A model generated the notes under the pieces. It had not been told where the DNA came from. It did not search any database and saw nothing but the letters and a program-made list of their open reading frames with translations. The translations under genes were made by a program, and so were the position numbers. From a bacterium (GTDB lineage Bacteria > UBA8248), in contig CBDATS010000004.1 in assembly GCA_965200245.1 (NCBI GenBank), positions 1,088,001-1,152,000 on the forward strand: a stretch of DNA of 64,000 nucleotides, in the 5' to 3' direction. How positions within the stretch are numbered: position 1 is the first letter of the stretch; the number at the start of each line of letters is the position of its first letter. Shown here piece after piece: positions 52,074-63,370 of the stretch.

Positions 52074-52980
52074 AGGGGTGGAGCAGCGGGCACCCTGCAT
52101 CCATGTTCAGTGCATCGGAAGCACATGTATCCGTCATTCTCAATAAATCAGAAGTCATGCGAATCGCGCCTCGCTTTTTTCCCGGGGAATCGCTCCGGAA
52201 AAATCGTCAAGCCAGACAAGGAGGCAGAAAATGGAATCGTTGCCGCTTAACGAAATCCTGACCGTTTTCCTGACCATGATTGTTGCAGTACCAGTGGCGC
52301 CCCGGGCAAAATCTACGCAGGATCAGGTAAAATCAGGGGAATTGCATATCAGGGATGACGGGCGACCCGATCATCGGTGAAGCTTGAGCGAAAGCAAAAG
52401 AGACCAATCGTGACCCGGCGCTTTCTCTGCCGCATCGCCCGCAGGAGGCAGTCTCAAGTCCTGCGTCCCTGTACTGATATCCCGTCGAATTCAATACGGG
52501 AACAAGCCACCGGCACCATCGGGAAAATCGCGGGATTCCAGCCTGAAGCGCATATGATTGAACCCGGGGGAGACGACTGGGAGGCCGCTTCCGGGCAATC
52601 CCCCGGGAGAGATCCGGCTGATTCCGGCCTCTTGAGGGGACCCTGCGCAAGATAGCGGTCCGGGCGCACCTGCGACACAGCTGGATATGGCATCTGTTCA
52701 GGTCGGATGCCCTCATCCATGGTCCTGTTCAGGGAGTCATCTCCCTTTTCCCCGCACGCAGGCTCCCCTCCATTCCCTGTCCGATCCGTTGCTGCCCTTG
52801 TCCTGCAGCGGAAAAAGCTGCACATAACTCATCATTATCAATGTTAGACATGCGGCTTCCTCAGGGAACATGGTTACCACCTGTCCAGGGAGAGAATTGC
52901 GACATGCTCGGAATCCGGAATTTCTTCGGCGGTTTCAACTTGACAAGTCGGAAATGTACCCGACACGATCGCATCGCCGG

Positions 52981-55900
52981 ATGCGTACCATGAGAGCGGT
53001 GACAGGATGGTGGGGCTGCCTGGGCGGTCAGGTTTCTGCGTCCGAACCCTGCCTTTCCCTTCCCGCCGGCCGACGCTCCGCATCCCGCGGCCGCGCGTCA
53101 TCCTTCAGGGGTTTCGGACCCTGCGTCCTTGTTGGTCTGCTGCTGGCCGTTCTCCTCGCCAACCCCGCCGCCCTTGCAAACAACGAATGCGGCGACCCGC
53201 CCACCAGCGGTGGCGAGATCATATGCGACGGAGACGATCAGACCAATGCTGGGAGCGGCATCAAGTACTCGTTCCCCAGCACCGACACCGACGACTACAC
53301 CATCAAGATACAGGCAAATTCAGGCGGCACCATCAAGACCGGATCCGGCGCGAGTGCAGGCTCCGGGGCCGACGGCATCTACGTTGAAAAGCTCGGCACC
53401 GGACCCTCCAGCATCACCCTGTCGGGCGGCAGCATCCATACGAAAGGAAACGATGCCCTAGGCATCCATTCAAAAACCTCAGGCAACACCGCATCCATCG
53501 TCATGTCGGGCGGCAGCATCGATACGGAAGGGGAACGGGCCCACGGTATCCAGGCATTTCCCCACCATTCCGGCCCAACAAACACTGGCAACATCAATAT
53601 CGGCCTGAAGATCGGCAGCGTTGGCACCGGAGATTGCATGAGCAGCACCGGTTCTGGCTGCGACATCCATACAATAGGATCGTACGCCAGAGGCATCTTT
53701 GGCGACGCTGAGGTCGAACAGAAAGGCCCAAACTATTACCATCCGAGCGGCACCGTCGACATCTCCATGTCCGGCGGCGACATCCTGACGGAAGGGAGAG
53801 GCGCCCACGGCATCCATGGCCGGCACGAAGGTACCGGCAAGCTCACCGTCAACATGACCGGCGGCACCATCACGACAACCGGAAACAGCGCCTACGGCAT
53901 CTACGTACAGCGCACATGGACCGGCGACCTCGACCCCGTTGTGGTCGAGAACAGCACTATCTCCGCGGCCGGTGCGGAAGCGATCCGGCTCAACGCCGTC
54001 CCCGCCAAGATTCTGAGGCTCCGGAACAGCACGATCGAACGCGGCAACGCCGGAGACGCGATCTGGTTCAGCGGCAACACCGACGACACCCTGACGGTCC
54101 TGGGACATGAGGACGCCGGCATGACGGCCACGACCACGATCGGGGGCGATGTGGCCTTCGGCGGCGGAACCGACAGGCTCGTCTTCAACGCCTGCCTGCA
54201 GGCCGATGTCGACGACACGGGCGATACCGACTGCACGGCTGCCTATGGCGAGCTGAAGATAAGCCATACCGGCATGCTCATCGGTCTCGAGAATATCTCC
54301 AAGATCGGCTCGGGCACCGTCCGGCTGGGCGACCTGACAAGCCGGGGCAGCACGATGGCGCTGGAGGACGGTGACCTGCGCCTCACCGGCCATCTCGATC
54401 TGGGCGCCTCCGGGACGCTCACCATCCACGACGCGTCGCGGCTGATCTTCGGGGCCACGTACGACGATCAGGGCCAGCGTACTCACGGCAAGATTACCGC
54501 CGAGAAGGTGAAGTTCGACGATCCGGACTGGCAACGGCTGTTCATGGAGGATGGCGCGCTGGCGGCGGGCGATGGTATGCTCCTGGATGCGGGGAAATTC
54601 TACAAGGCCAACGGCATCACCAAGGTCGTTCCGGGGCTTTACGACCTGAACGACGCGATGCTGACGACGGTTTCGGTTGACGGTATCGTGCAGGCAGTGG
54701 ACGGTAACGAATGCGGCGACCCGGTATCGGGGACCGTTACCTGCAACGAGTTCACCTACATCTACCAGACCGACGATGCCGTCTCCCCCGCCGACCCCGG
54801 CATCGAGTACGAGTTCTCAGATACCAACGACTACATCATCAAGCTCCAAGACGGTCTTGGCGTCGACACGACAGAAGAGGATGACAGCGGCCTTTTTGGA
54901 ATGCACCGCAGCGGCGGTGACTTCACCATCGCCATGTCGGTCGTCAGTGGCAGCGACCCCGACATCCATACCGAAGGAGACAACGCCCACGGCATCCATG
55001 GGATGCACTCCGGCACCGGCGACATTGAAATCAATATGAAGGACGGCCGCATCCGCACCACAGGACGAGACGCCTACGGCATCTACGGAAGACGCGCGGC
55101 CAATGCCGGCTGCAATACCGACCCCGAAGACTACAACTGCGATATCACCATCAGGATGTCCGGCGGCACCATCGATATCAGCAGTGGTCACGGCATCGCC
55201 GGCACACACCGCAGCGGCGGTGACTTCACCATCGCCATGTCGGTCGTCAGTGGCAGCGACCCCGACATCCATACCGAAGGAGACAACGCCCACGGCATCC
55301 ATGGGATGCACTCCGGCACCGGCGACATTGAAATCAATATGAAGGACGGCCGCATCCGCACCACAGGACGAGACGCCTACGGCATCTACGGAAGACGCGC
55401 GGCCAATGCCGGCTGCAATACCGACCCCGAAGACTACAACTGCGATATCACCATCAGGATGTCCGGCGGCACCATCGATATCAGCAGTGGTCACGGCATC
55501 GCCGGCACACACCGCAGCGGCGGTGACTTCATGGTCATGGTGAGCGGCGCGACCATCTCGTCCGCTCAGGGAAACGCAATCAATCTCAATACCGAAGGCA
55601 CGGCGACTGTAGAGATCGGAGCCGGCACCACGGAGATCAGGGGCAACATCGCTGGGGCTGACAAGCTCATATTTAACCCGCTCATGGCCACGGACGAACT
55701 GACCTTCGTCCATACTGGCATGATCACGGGAGCCCCGCCCATTTCCAAGATTGGCTCGGGCACAGCTCGGCTGACCGATCTGGGCGCGGCGGGTGCGATG
55801 ATGTCGCTGGAGGACGGCGACCTGCGCCTGACGGAGGCCGTCCTGGAGGGGTATCCGGTGCGCAGGGGAAGCGGTCCGGACGGGCGTTCGGTGAGGTTCG

Positions 55901-56681
55901 GGCTCCGCGGGGGTTCCGGAACCCGCGCCGTCTCCCTCGACATGGACCTGCGTCTCGGGGCGTCGGTGGCCCCCCTCGCCGAGGCGTTCTCGGATTCCCG
56001 GGACGAATCGGCCGAGGTCGAGCTCACGGGCGAGGTCTACGCGGCCGGTCTGGGCTGGCGGGGAGACGCGTTTTTCTCCGACGTGGCGCTCGCCCACGGC
56101 CGCTCGCGCGTATCATCACGGACGCTGGAGGCCACTGGCCTGTTCAGGGGCTCGTTCGACGTGAAGCAGACCCATGCCGAAGCGAGGACAGGTCGGCTGT
56201 TCCCCGCCGGAGGCATGCGCATCACCCCGTCGGTGTCGGTGTTCGCCGGTTCCCTGGACCACGGGGGCCACACGGCGGAGGGCGCGGTGATGAGGGCCGA
56301 GATCCCGGGCTACTCGCAGGACTACCGGGGATGTCGGGCCGGGGTGGAGGTCGCGACGGCGGAGTGGCTGGAACTCTCCCCGCGCTGCGCTGGCGGCCCG
56401 ACCTGCAACTGGATCTGGCACACACCACGACGGACGGACCGGAGACGCTGACGGTGCGCAAGGCGGACCATGCCGGGGTCATAAGCTTCCCCGAGAAAAA
56501 ACGGGTGATCGGCGTGCCCCGGGAGGCGTTCCGCCTCGGTCTGGGCGTCACGCTGAAAGGCAGTTCGGATGCCTGGAGCCTGCGCCTCGGTTACCGGGGA
56601 GAATGGACCGGCGGCGAGGACGAATGGGCCGGCCGTGAGGACGAACATTCCGTGCAGGCGGGCTTCTCGATACGGTTCTAG
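52981..56681 (+). pseudogene. Autotransporter-like surface protein with beta-helix repeats; frameshift in the beta-barrel (start uncertain)
   Basis: Signal-like ...LLAVLLANPAALA, many I.T.G..AHGI repeats, and an alternating-strand C-terminus ending VQAGFSIRF in ORF 56331..56681. Frame change near 56375. Confidence 0.78.
54904..55531. repeat. 303-bp in-frame tandem duplication (2 copies plus 22 bp)
   Basis: The unit starting CACCGCAGCGGCGGTGACTTCA recurs at 54904, 55207 and 55510; the 101-aa block HRSGGDFTIAMS...HGIAGT is repeated. Confidence 0.95.
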
Positions 56682-56689
56682 AACCACTT

Positions 56690-56730
56690 CCCGACAGCCC
56701 GGCAGTCCCCGTGACTGCCGGGCTGTCGGG
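56690..56730. terminator. 18-bp inverted repeat after the autotransporter stop
   Basis: CCCGACAGCCCGGCAGTC-CCCGT-GACTGCCGGGCTGTCGGG between convergent genes; no T tail. Confidence 0.65.
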
Positions 56731-57043
56731 CGGGGCAGTGGATCCCGGTCGGGCCCGAGGCGAAGCACCGACCGGGAAACGTCTTTCGGGCAGCACGCAA
56801 CCCCTCCCCGTAACAGGTTAACCTGGATATATGTCTCCCAAAAATCAGCGAAGGAATCAGAGGTTCACCAAAGACAAGAGGAAGAACCGAACACAAGAAC
56901 TGCAATGTCAGGTTATTCTTCAGAAATGGAACGAATGACTCGGGGTATTTCAAACCTGAAAAGATTCAAAGGATTCTCAGTCCCAGCGACCCGGGCAAGA
57001 CGCAATACGCCCCTGATTTTTCCACCCGGCCCTGAGTCAGATC

Positions 57044-58729
57044 CTACGCCGGCGGTCCGTAGGCTCCTGGTGCCAAAGCTTCGATGTCGGTCACGACGTC
57101 GAGAATGACGGGGCCCTTGTTCATGCTGAATGCCTGATCGATCGCACTCCCCAACTCGCCCGGTTTTTCCACCCGCATGCTCTCGGCACCCATCGACCTT
57201 GCGATCTCGGTGAAGTTCGTGCGGTTGAAGTGCCAGAGTTCATACGCCTTGCCGCGCTGTGCACCGCCGTAGGCGTCGTCGAAAATCCTGGTTTCCTGGT
57301 TCTGGGAGCCGTTGTTGTTCACGAGAATGACGGCGTTGATCCCCCAGCGCACGGCAGTCTCGACTTCTGCGATGTGATACCAGAAGCCCGCATCACCCGT
57401 GAAGAGGATAACGGGCCGATCGGGCGCGCCGCACTTCGCGCCGAGCGCTGCGGGGAATCCCCAGCCCAGGTGGCCCGCCGCACGCATGAAACCGGTGTCA
57501 GGACTTTTCAGGTCCAGGTAGCCGCCCGTCCACATGCCCGAATGCCCGGTATCTGCGAGCACGATGGCGTCTGGGGGCAGATGCTCGCCCAGTGTCCTGC
57601 AGACACGCTCCGGCCGCATGGGCGAAGCGTCAGAATCGAGCAGCGGCGCGAATTCCGCCCGCCACGCCGCACATACGCTCTCGACGTACGAGAGCCACGC
57701 CCCGCGTTCAGGGGCTTCTTCCGCGGTTTCGGTGAGTTTCCCAAGCGCGATTTTCGCGTCCCCGATGATGGAGGCCCTGAGCGGGTAGTTGCGTCCAAGT
57801 TCTTCCGGGTCGATGTCGAGCTGAATCGCCGCGACACCGATTTTCGGCACGCGCCAGAAATGGGTGGTCATGCCGCCCGTCTGAGTGCCGATGAAAAACA
57901 CGAGGTCGGCTTCCGATACGAGTTCGTTCGCGCATCTTCTCGAATAGGTTCCCACCACGCCGACCGAGAGGGGATGATCACCCGGAATCGTTTCCTTGCC
58001 GTTCATGGAGGTGGCAACGGGGATTTGGAACTTCTCGGCAAAGGTCACGAGTTCGGCGTTCGCGCGCGAGGTCCGGACACCGCCGCCCGCGACGATGATG
58101 GGTCGTTCGGCCCCCTTGATGACCTCGATCGCGCGGGCAATACTCGCGGGTTCGGGTTCGGGCCGGAAGGCCGGGACCTGCCTGAAGTTTTCCTCCACGA
58201 TGAGTTCGAGATCGGCCATGTCCTGTTCCACCTGTCCCAGGTTCCCGCCGAAGCGCAGGTGTACGGGGCCGGGCGTGCCCGAGGTGGCGACACGGAACGC
58301 CTGCCTCAGCAAGTCCGGGAAGCGCTCCACTGTATCCACCATGGCGTTGAACTTCGTGACGGGATCGAACGCGCTGACGTCCTCCGTTTCCTGATAGGCG
58401 TTCCTGTAGCGAATCCCGGGCGTGGTGCCGCCCGTAAGCGCGATGATGGGCGCGCAGGCCAGGTGCGCGTCGCGAAGTCCCGCCGCCAGGTTCACGCCGC
58501 CGACTATCTGTGCCATGCAGACGCCGGGGCGGCCCGAGGCGCGCGCGTAGCCGTCCGCCATGTAGGCTGCGGCCTTTTCCCCGTGGGTGAGGATACGGGC
58601 GATGCCCGTGCCGCGTTCCTCCATCTGCGCGAGGGAGTGGCTCAGAATCGTCGGCACGAAGAAAATATGGGTGACACCGTACGCGTGAAGGGCGTCAGCC
58701 ATGAACTGCGCTCCGCTCATCCTGGGCAT
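57044..58729 (-). CDS. Thiamine diphosphate-dependent enzyme (acetolactate synthase large-subunit-like)
   Basis: HGEKAAAYMADGYARASGRPGV, PGPVHL, GDAGF...NN ThDP motif; no small subunit gene adjacent. Confidence 0.92.
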   Translation of the reverse strand: MPRMSGAQFMADALHAYGVTHIFFVPTILSHSLAQMEERGTGIARILTHGEKAAAYMADGYARASGRPGVCMAQIVGGVNLAAGLRDAHLACAPIIALTGGTTPGIRYRNAYQETEDVSAFDPVTKFNAMVDTVERFPDLLRQAFRVATSGTPGPVHLRFGGNLGQVEQDMADLELIVEENFRQVPAFRPEPEPASIARAIEVIKGAERPIIVAGGGVRTSRANAELVTFAEKFQIPVATSMNGKETIPGDHPLSVGVVGTYSRRCANELVSEADLVFFIGTQTGGMTTHFWRVPKIGVAAIQLDIDPEELGRNYPLRASIIGDAKIALGKLTETAEEAPERGAWLSYVESVCAAWRAEFAPLLDSDASPMRPERVCRTLGEHLPPDAIVLADTGHSGMWTGGYLDLKSPDTGFMRAAGHLGWGFPAALGAKCGAPDRPVILFTGDAGFWYHIAEVETAVRWGINAVILVNNNGSQNQETRIFDDAYGGAQRGKAYELWHFNRTNFTEIARSMGAESMRVEKPGELGSAIDQAFSMNKGPVILDVVTDIEALAPGAYGPPA

Positions 58730-58763
58730 GTATTCTGTCCTCGAAAGTGTGGGTGAAAAACCG

Positions 58764-59558
58764 TCAAATCCCTGTCAGCACTTTCGCATCATCGACGTTC
58801 GCGATTTCGCGGCCCATTTCCCTTGCAATGCGCGCGATGCGTGCGACGTGATCGGCATTGTCGCCGAGTTCACCGGGGTAAAGGTAAGGCTCATCCTCGG
58901 TACCCACACGCACGTGGCCGCCGTGCATGACCGCCATCGTCTGCATGTGAATGTGCCTGGAGCCGGTAGCGCTTGTGATGTAGATCGAATCCGCGGGCAG
59001 ATTGGAGACGCGGTGCAGGAACTCGCTCAGGGAAGGCGGCGACCACGCGCCTCCCGGACGCCCGAAGAAACACGTCATCAGAATGGGCGGTTCCAGGAGC
59101 CCTTTCTGGAGCAGATCGTCGATCATCCAGGTCTCGCCCAAGGTGAAGACCTCGAATTCCGGCTTCACGTTATAGTTCCTGCAAAGCCGCATCATCTCGG
59201 CGAGTTCCTCGCGGGGGTGAAGCATCATCACGTCGCGCGCGATGAAGGCCATGTTGTGCGCCCCCACGGCGACGGACATCATCTCGGGGTAGTTCTTCAC
59301 CACTTCCTTTCGCTGCTCGACCGTCTGGGTCGAGATGCCATACTGGAGCATGATCCCGCATCTCTCCCTGATGGCCCTGGAGTGTGACGCCCAGGCCTCG
59401 TAGTTCGTGGGCGGTGCGTGGATGTGGGCGATGCACGCGCCCGCCTCGCAGGCCTTTTCCACAGAATCGGCGAGGACTTCGGAATCCGTGAAACGCGCGG
59501 GAACACCCTCGTGCATCGAGGTGTCCGCCGCGCAGTTGATGATCATCATCTTTTCCAT
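58764..59558 (-). CDS. Beta-keto acid cleavage enzyme (BKACE/DUF849)
   Basis: EAGACIAHIH, KPEFEVF, GGHVRVGTED, DNADHVARI. Confidence 0.9.
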   Translation of the reverse strand: MEKMMIINCAADTSMHEGVPARFTDSEVLADSVEKACEAGACIAHIHAPPTNYEAWASHSRAIRERCGIMLQYGISTQTVEQRKEVVKNYPEMMSVAVGAHNMAFIARDVMMLHPREELAEMMRLCRNYNVKPEFEVFTLGETWMIDDLLQKGLLEPPILMTCFFGRPGGAWSPPSLSEFLHRVSNLPADSIYITSATGSRHIHMQTMAVMHGGHVRVGTEDEPYLYPGELGDNADHVARIARIAREMGREIANVDDAKVLTGI

Positions 59559-59588
59559 GAACCGCTCCTTTATGATGCCGGAAATCCA

Positions 59589-60392
59589 TCAGGCCATGCC
59601 GAGTATCTTCTTCGTCTCATCGACCGTGGCCGGGTCGCGGCCGAGTTCGTGACCGATTCGCGCGATGCGTGCGACGAGCTGCGCGTTGTTCTCGCACAGC
59701 ACGCCCTCGGTGTAGTAGGGCTCATCCTCGGTTCCCACGCGCACGTGGCCCCCCTCGATGATGGTGACGGTCTCGAGCGCGTTCGAGGTGGGCCCTGCGC
59801 AACTGCACGAGAACACACACCCTTCAGGCAGGTGGTCGATGCGGTGGAGAAGTTCCCTGAGCGTCGCGGGGGCGTAGAAGCCACCCGGCCAGCCGAAGAA
59901 GATGGTGATGACGACGGGGTTTTCCACCAGTCCCTTGTCGAGCAGCCACTCCAGATTCCACAGGTGGCCCAGGTTAAAGCACTCGAACTCGGGCTTCACG
60001 CCGTAATCGTTGAAAAGGCGTACCTGATCCTCTATCTCCTGGCGGGAGTGTTCCACCAGCAGATCGGCGTCGACGAAGGCGAAATCATGGGAGCCCAGGG
60101 CGATGGAAGCCATATCCGGCTTCAGGTGGATGATCTTTTTTCGCCCAGGGAGGCCCATTGCGGCGATCCCGAACTGGATCAGCACCTCGGGACAGGCCTC
60201 GCGTACCGACTCGGTGAGCGGTTCCCAGCTTTCGAGTTGCATGGGGATGCCATGGATGTGGGCGATGGCCGCACCCGCCTCGTGGCTTTCCCTGACCTCC
60301 CTGGCAACGGCTTCGGGCGTCTGCAACCGCTTGGGGACGCCCGCGTGCTTGCGGCTGTCCGCCGCGCAGTTGGTGATGATGAGTTTCTCCAT
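59589..60392 (-). CDS. Beta-keto acid cleavage enzyme (BKACE/DUF849), second paralog
   Basis: EAGAAIAHIH, KPEFECF, GGHVRVGTED, NAQLVARI, ATVDETKKILG. Confidence 0.9.
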   Translation of the reverse strand: MEKLIITNCAADSRKHAGVPKRLQTPEAVAREVRESHEAGAAIAHIHGIPMQLESWEPLTESVREACPEVLIQFGIAAMGLPGRKKIIHLKPDMASIALGSHDFAFVDADLLVEHSRQEIEDQVRLFNDYGVKPEFECFNLGHLWNLEWLLDKGLVENPVVITIFFGWPGGFYAPATLRELLHRIDHLPEGCVFSCSCAGPTSNALETVTIIEGGHVRVGTEDEPYYTEGVLCENNAQLVARIARIGHELGRDPATVDETKKILGMA

Positions 60393-60428
60393 TCAGTACG
60401 CTCCTGAGAGAGAATGGGCCTCCCGTGT

Positions 60429-61202
60429 CTAGTCCAGGGAACCTTCCACGTAGAGGAGGTTTCGTATCTTCTGCGTGAGTTCGACGAACATCTCCTCTCC
60501 CATCGTGGAGAGCGAGCGCGGCCGCGGGATGTCAACGGTGATGATCTGCGAGATGCGGCCCGGTCTCGGCGTCATGACGATTACCCGATCGCCCAGGAAC
60601 ACGGCCTCGGGGATGGAGTGGGTAATGAAGAACACGGTTTTCCTGCTCTCCAGCCAGATTCTCTGGAGTTCGAGGTTCATCTGCTCGCGCGTCATGGCGT
60701 CGAGCGCGCCGAAGGGTTCATCCATCAGCAGGACGTTCGGATCGTGAATGAGCGCGCGGATGATGGCGTTTCGCTGGCGCATGCCACCTGAGAGTTCGTG
60801 GGGGTATTTGTCCTCGAAACCATCAAGACCCACCAAGCGGATGAGATCGTGCGCGCGCGGAAGGATTTTCTTCACGTCGAGACCCAGAATCTCGGCGGGC
60901 AGCATGGTGTTCTGGAGTACGTTTCGCCACAGAAGCAAAACCGGATCCTGAAACACGATGCCCACATCGTCCCGCGGGCCGTTGATGGGCGTGTTCTTGA
61001 GCGTGCAGTCGCCAGAGGTCCTGGAGAGCAGGCCGCCCAGGATTTTCAGAAGCGTGCTCTTGCCGCAGCCGCTCGGCCCGACGACGGAGATGAACTCGCC
61101 CTCGGCGATCTCGAAGTTGATGTCGGTGAGGGCATGCACGACCTCGCGGTTCGCGGTAATGTATTCCTTCTCCAGATTCGCTACCGAAATATATCCGTTC
61201 AT
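60429..61202 (-). CDS. NitT/TauT-family ABC transporter ATPase
   Basis: GPSGCGKST, YPHELSGGMRQR, DEPFGALDAMTRE, ITHSIPEAV. Confidence 0.93.
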   Translation of the reverse strand: MNGYISVANLEKEYITANREVVHALTDINFEIAEGEFISVVGPSGCGKSTLLKILGGLLSRTSGDCTLKNTPINGPRDDVGIVFQDPVLLLWRNVLQNTMLPAEILGLDVKKILPRAHDLIRLVGLDGFEDKYPHELSGGMRQRNAIIRALIHDPNVLLMDEPFGALDAMTREQMNLELQRIWLESRKTVFFITHSIPEAVFLGDRVIVMTPRPGRISQIITVDIPRPRSLSTMGEEMFVELTQKIRNLLYVEGSLD

Positions 61203-61263
61203 CTTTTCCCGAAACTCCCGGCGAATCGAGTCGTCCGGGGCCGTTTCCTCAAGAATATCGCCT

Positions 61264-62184
61264 CTAGGCGCCCATCGTCTTGTCCGTCTCCGGTGCCCAG
61301 AAAAGCACTTTTTTCTTCACGAAACGCACGACCTGGTGCATCCCCAGCCCCATGACCGAGAGGATCACCAGGATGGCGAACGTGCCCGTCGTGTCGCTGC
61401 TGAAGCTCATCTGCATAAGCAGGATCCCCAGGCCGCACTGGCCCCGGCCACCCCACATACACTGGCCGGCGCCGACGAACTCGCCGAGTATCGCGCCAAG
61501 CAGGCTGAACACCACCGCTATCTCGAAGCCCGCGAAGATGAACGGCAGGGCGTTCGGGAATTGCATCTTCCAGAACATCTGCCAGCGCGAGGCGGAGAGC
61601 GAACGCATGAGGTCTATCTGGTCGGACGCCGCGGATTTCAGCCCCACCATCGTGTTCACCAGCAGGGGGAAGAACGCCACGAGACCCGCAAGGAAAATTT
61701 TCGACTTCACCTCGTAGCCGAACCAGATGATGAACAAAGGCGCTATGGCGAGCTTGGGCAGGGTCTGGAATGCCACCACGTAGGGCATGATGATCGCCTC
61801 GATCCATTTCGACTGCATGAATACGAGCCCGAGGCCAAGACCGATGAGGCTGCCCATGAAAAAGCCCATGACGGCCTCGAACAGCGTGTGGCTAATGTGG
61901 TTGTAGAAACTCGTCTTCATCAGGCCCATGAAGTCGGCGGCCCCCCCCACGTTTCCGCCCACGTCGTAAAAGAACAGCCCGCGCAGAAGTGCCGTGGCCA
62001 CGCCCGAGGGTGCCGGGAAGATGAAGTCGTCCACCTCGAAGTAGCGCACCGTCCATTCCCAGACGATCAGAAGCACCACGAAGGATATGCCGAACAGCAG
62101 ATACGGCCTCTGGAGCAGCGTCTCGGATAACGAGGGGCCGTCCACGTTCCTGGGGGTTTCTTTCTTCCGGCTGGTAGTCGCCAC
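61264..62184 (-). CDS. NitT/TauT-family ABC transporter permease
   Basis: FPAPS, PKLAIAPLFIIWFG, FFPLLVNT, PNALPFIFAG, GEFVG. Confidence 0.93.
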   Translation of the reverse strand: MATTSRKKETPRNVDGPSLSETLLQRPYLLFGISFVVLLIVWEWTVRYFEVDDFIFPAPSGVATALLRGLFFYDVGGNVGGAADFMGLMKTSFYNHISHTLFEAVMGFFMGSLIGLGLGLVFMQSKWIEAIIMPYVVAFQTLPKLAIAPLFIIWFGYEVKSKIFLAGLVAFFPLLVNTMVGLKSAASDQIDLMRSLSASRWQMFWKMQFPNALPFIFAGFEIAVVFSLLGAILGEFVGAGQCMWGGRGQCGLGILLMQMSFSSDTTGTFAILVILSVMGLGMHQVVRFVKKKVLFWAPETDKTMGA

Positions 62185-62196
62185 TACAGGTGCCCC

Positions 62197-63342
62197 CTAC
62201 TTTTGCATCTTCATCATCGCCTTGAACTTCTTCAATTCCCTGGCGAAGTCGAAGTTCCTGGCGCGCTTGATGACCTCGTTGCGGTCGAAGTTGTTGACCT
62301 CATCAATCAGTTCGTTGGTGTAGAGGGATTTCACCTGGGCGTCGGTGAGCTTCTTGTCAAGACCCACGAATTTCACGTATTCGGCCCATTCTCCATCATG
62401 GTGCGCGCCGAACTTGTTGATCTTCTCATCATCGAGTTTCAGCTTAGGTGCGCGCGCCTTGAGCACCTTGATCATCAAGGCGGTGGCCTTCTCGTCACTC
62501 ATGCCCTTCGGCTTGGATTCGGGATAAAGCACCCAATGGATCTGGAGCGCGGCTTCTGGATTCGTGTAGAAGAAGAGACTCCCCTTCGCCAGGCCGCGCA
62601 GGAAGCCCACCACGGTGTCGCGGTTGTCCGCCAGGAACTTCTTGTTGATCCAAACGACGTTTCCGAAGAGGTTCTGCGTCCAGCCTTCCTGGTAGGGGAT
62701 CATATCGAACTTGAAACCGCGCGCCTTCGCCAGGGTGTACTGGATGTCCACGTTCGCCCAAGCGTCCACGCGGCCGAGCTTCATCGCCGTGGCGGCCTTG
62801 GAAACCGGCCCGACGGGGAGATACGTCACGTTTTGCTTGTCGGCGGGAATGCCGCAGGTCTCGAGCGCCTTGCGCACGAAGATGGGTCCGGAATCGCGCT
62901 GGCTCATGACGCCGACTTTCTTGCCCTGCAAGTCGCATACCGACTTGATCTTGCTGCCAGGCGGTACAGCCACGCCGTCTGCGTAGATGGCGTCTCTGTT
63001 CAGGATGTAGACACCCTTGACGGGAGGCATTTTCTTGCCGCGCGCAGCGCGGAAAAGAATCGGGATCGGCCTCGGCAGGCCGACGTGCGTGCGTCCCGAA
63101 AGCACCCAGCCCATCGCCTGGGCTCCGCCCTGGGCGGCGACGAACTGCGCGTCCACACCGCTTTCCTGGTAGTAGCCCAGGAAATTTCCGATCCAGAGAA
63201 ACGATATGCCCGGGTTGAAGAGCGGGTTGGCCATCGTCACCTTGATGTTCTTGAGTTTCCTGGCAGCCCCGGATGGGGTCGGCGTCGCAATGACGAGCGC
63301 AAACAGTGTCGCGACGACGAGTACGAGTCGGAATTTCTTCAT
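62197..63342 (-). CDS. NMT1/THI5-like ABC transporter substrate-binding protein
   Basis: Signal peptide, GYYQESGVD, DLQGKKVG, NPEAA, YTNEL; operon context. Confidence 0.88.
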   Translation of the reverse strand: MKKFRLVLVVATLFALVIATPTPSGAARKLKNIKVTMANPLFNPGISFLWIGNFLGYYQESGVDAQFVAAQGGAQAMGWVLSGRTHVGLPRPIPILFRAARGKKMPPVKGVYILNRDAIYADGVAVPPGSKIKSVCDLQGKKVGVMSQRDSGPIFVRKALETCGIPADKQNVTYLPVGPVSKAATAMKLGRVDAWANVDIQYTLAKARGFKFDMIPYQEGWTQNLFGNVVWINKKFLADNRDTVVGFLRGLAKGSLFFYTNPEAALQIHWVLYPESKPKGMSDEKATALMIKVLKARAPKLKLDDEKINKFGAHHDGEWAEYVKFVGLDKKLTDAQVKSLYTNELIDEVNNFDRNEVIKRARNFDFARELKKFKAMMKMQK

Positions 63343-63370
63343 GAGAGTTTTCCTTCCTGAGAGTTATGGG

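Noticed and set aside
52480-52590. Cobalamin riboswitch-like words (GCCACCGG, GGGAAAA, GGAGAC)
   Set aside because: The conserved 5-prime core and B12-box spacing are not recognisable, and the downstream gene is not B12-related.
54904-55531. Direct repeats as a CRISPR array or DGR template/variable pair
   Set aside because: Adjacent in-frame identical coding copies with no spacers, no adenine-specific mismatches, and no cas or reverse transcriptase gene.
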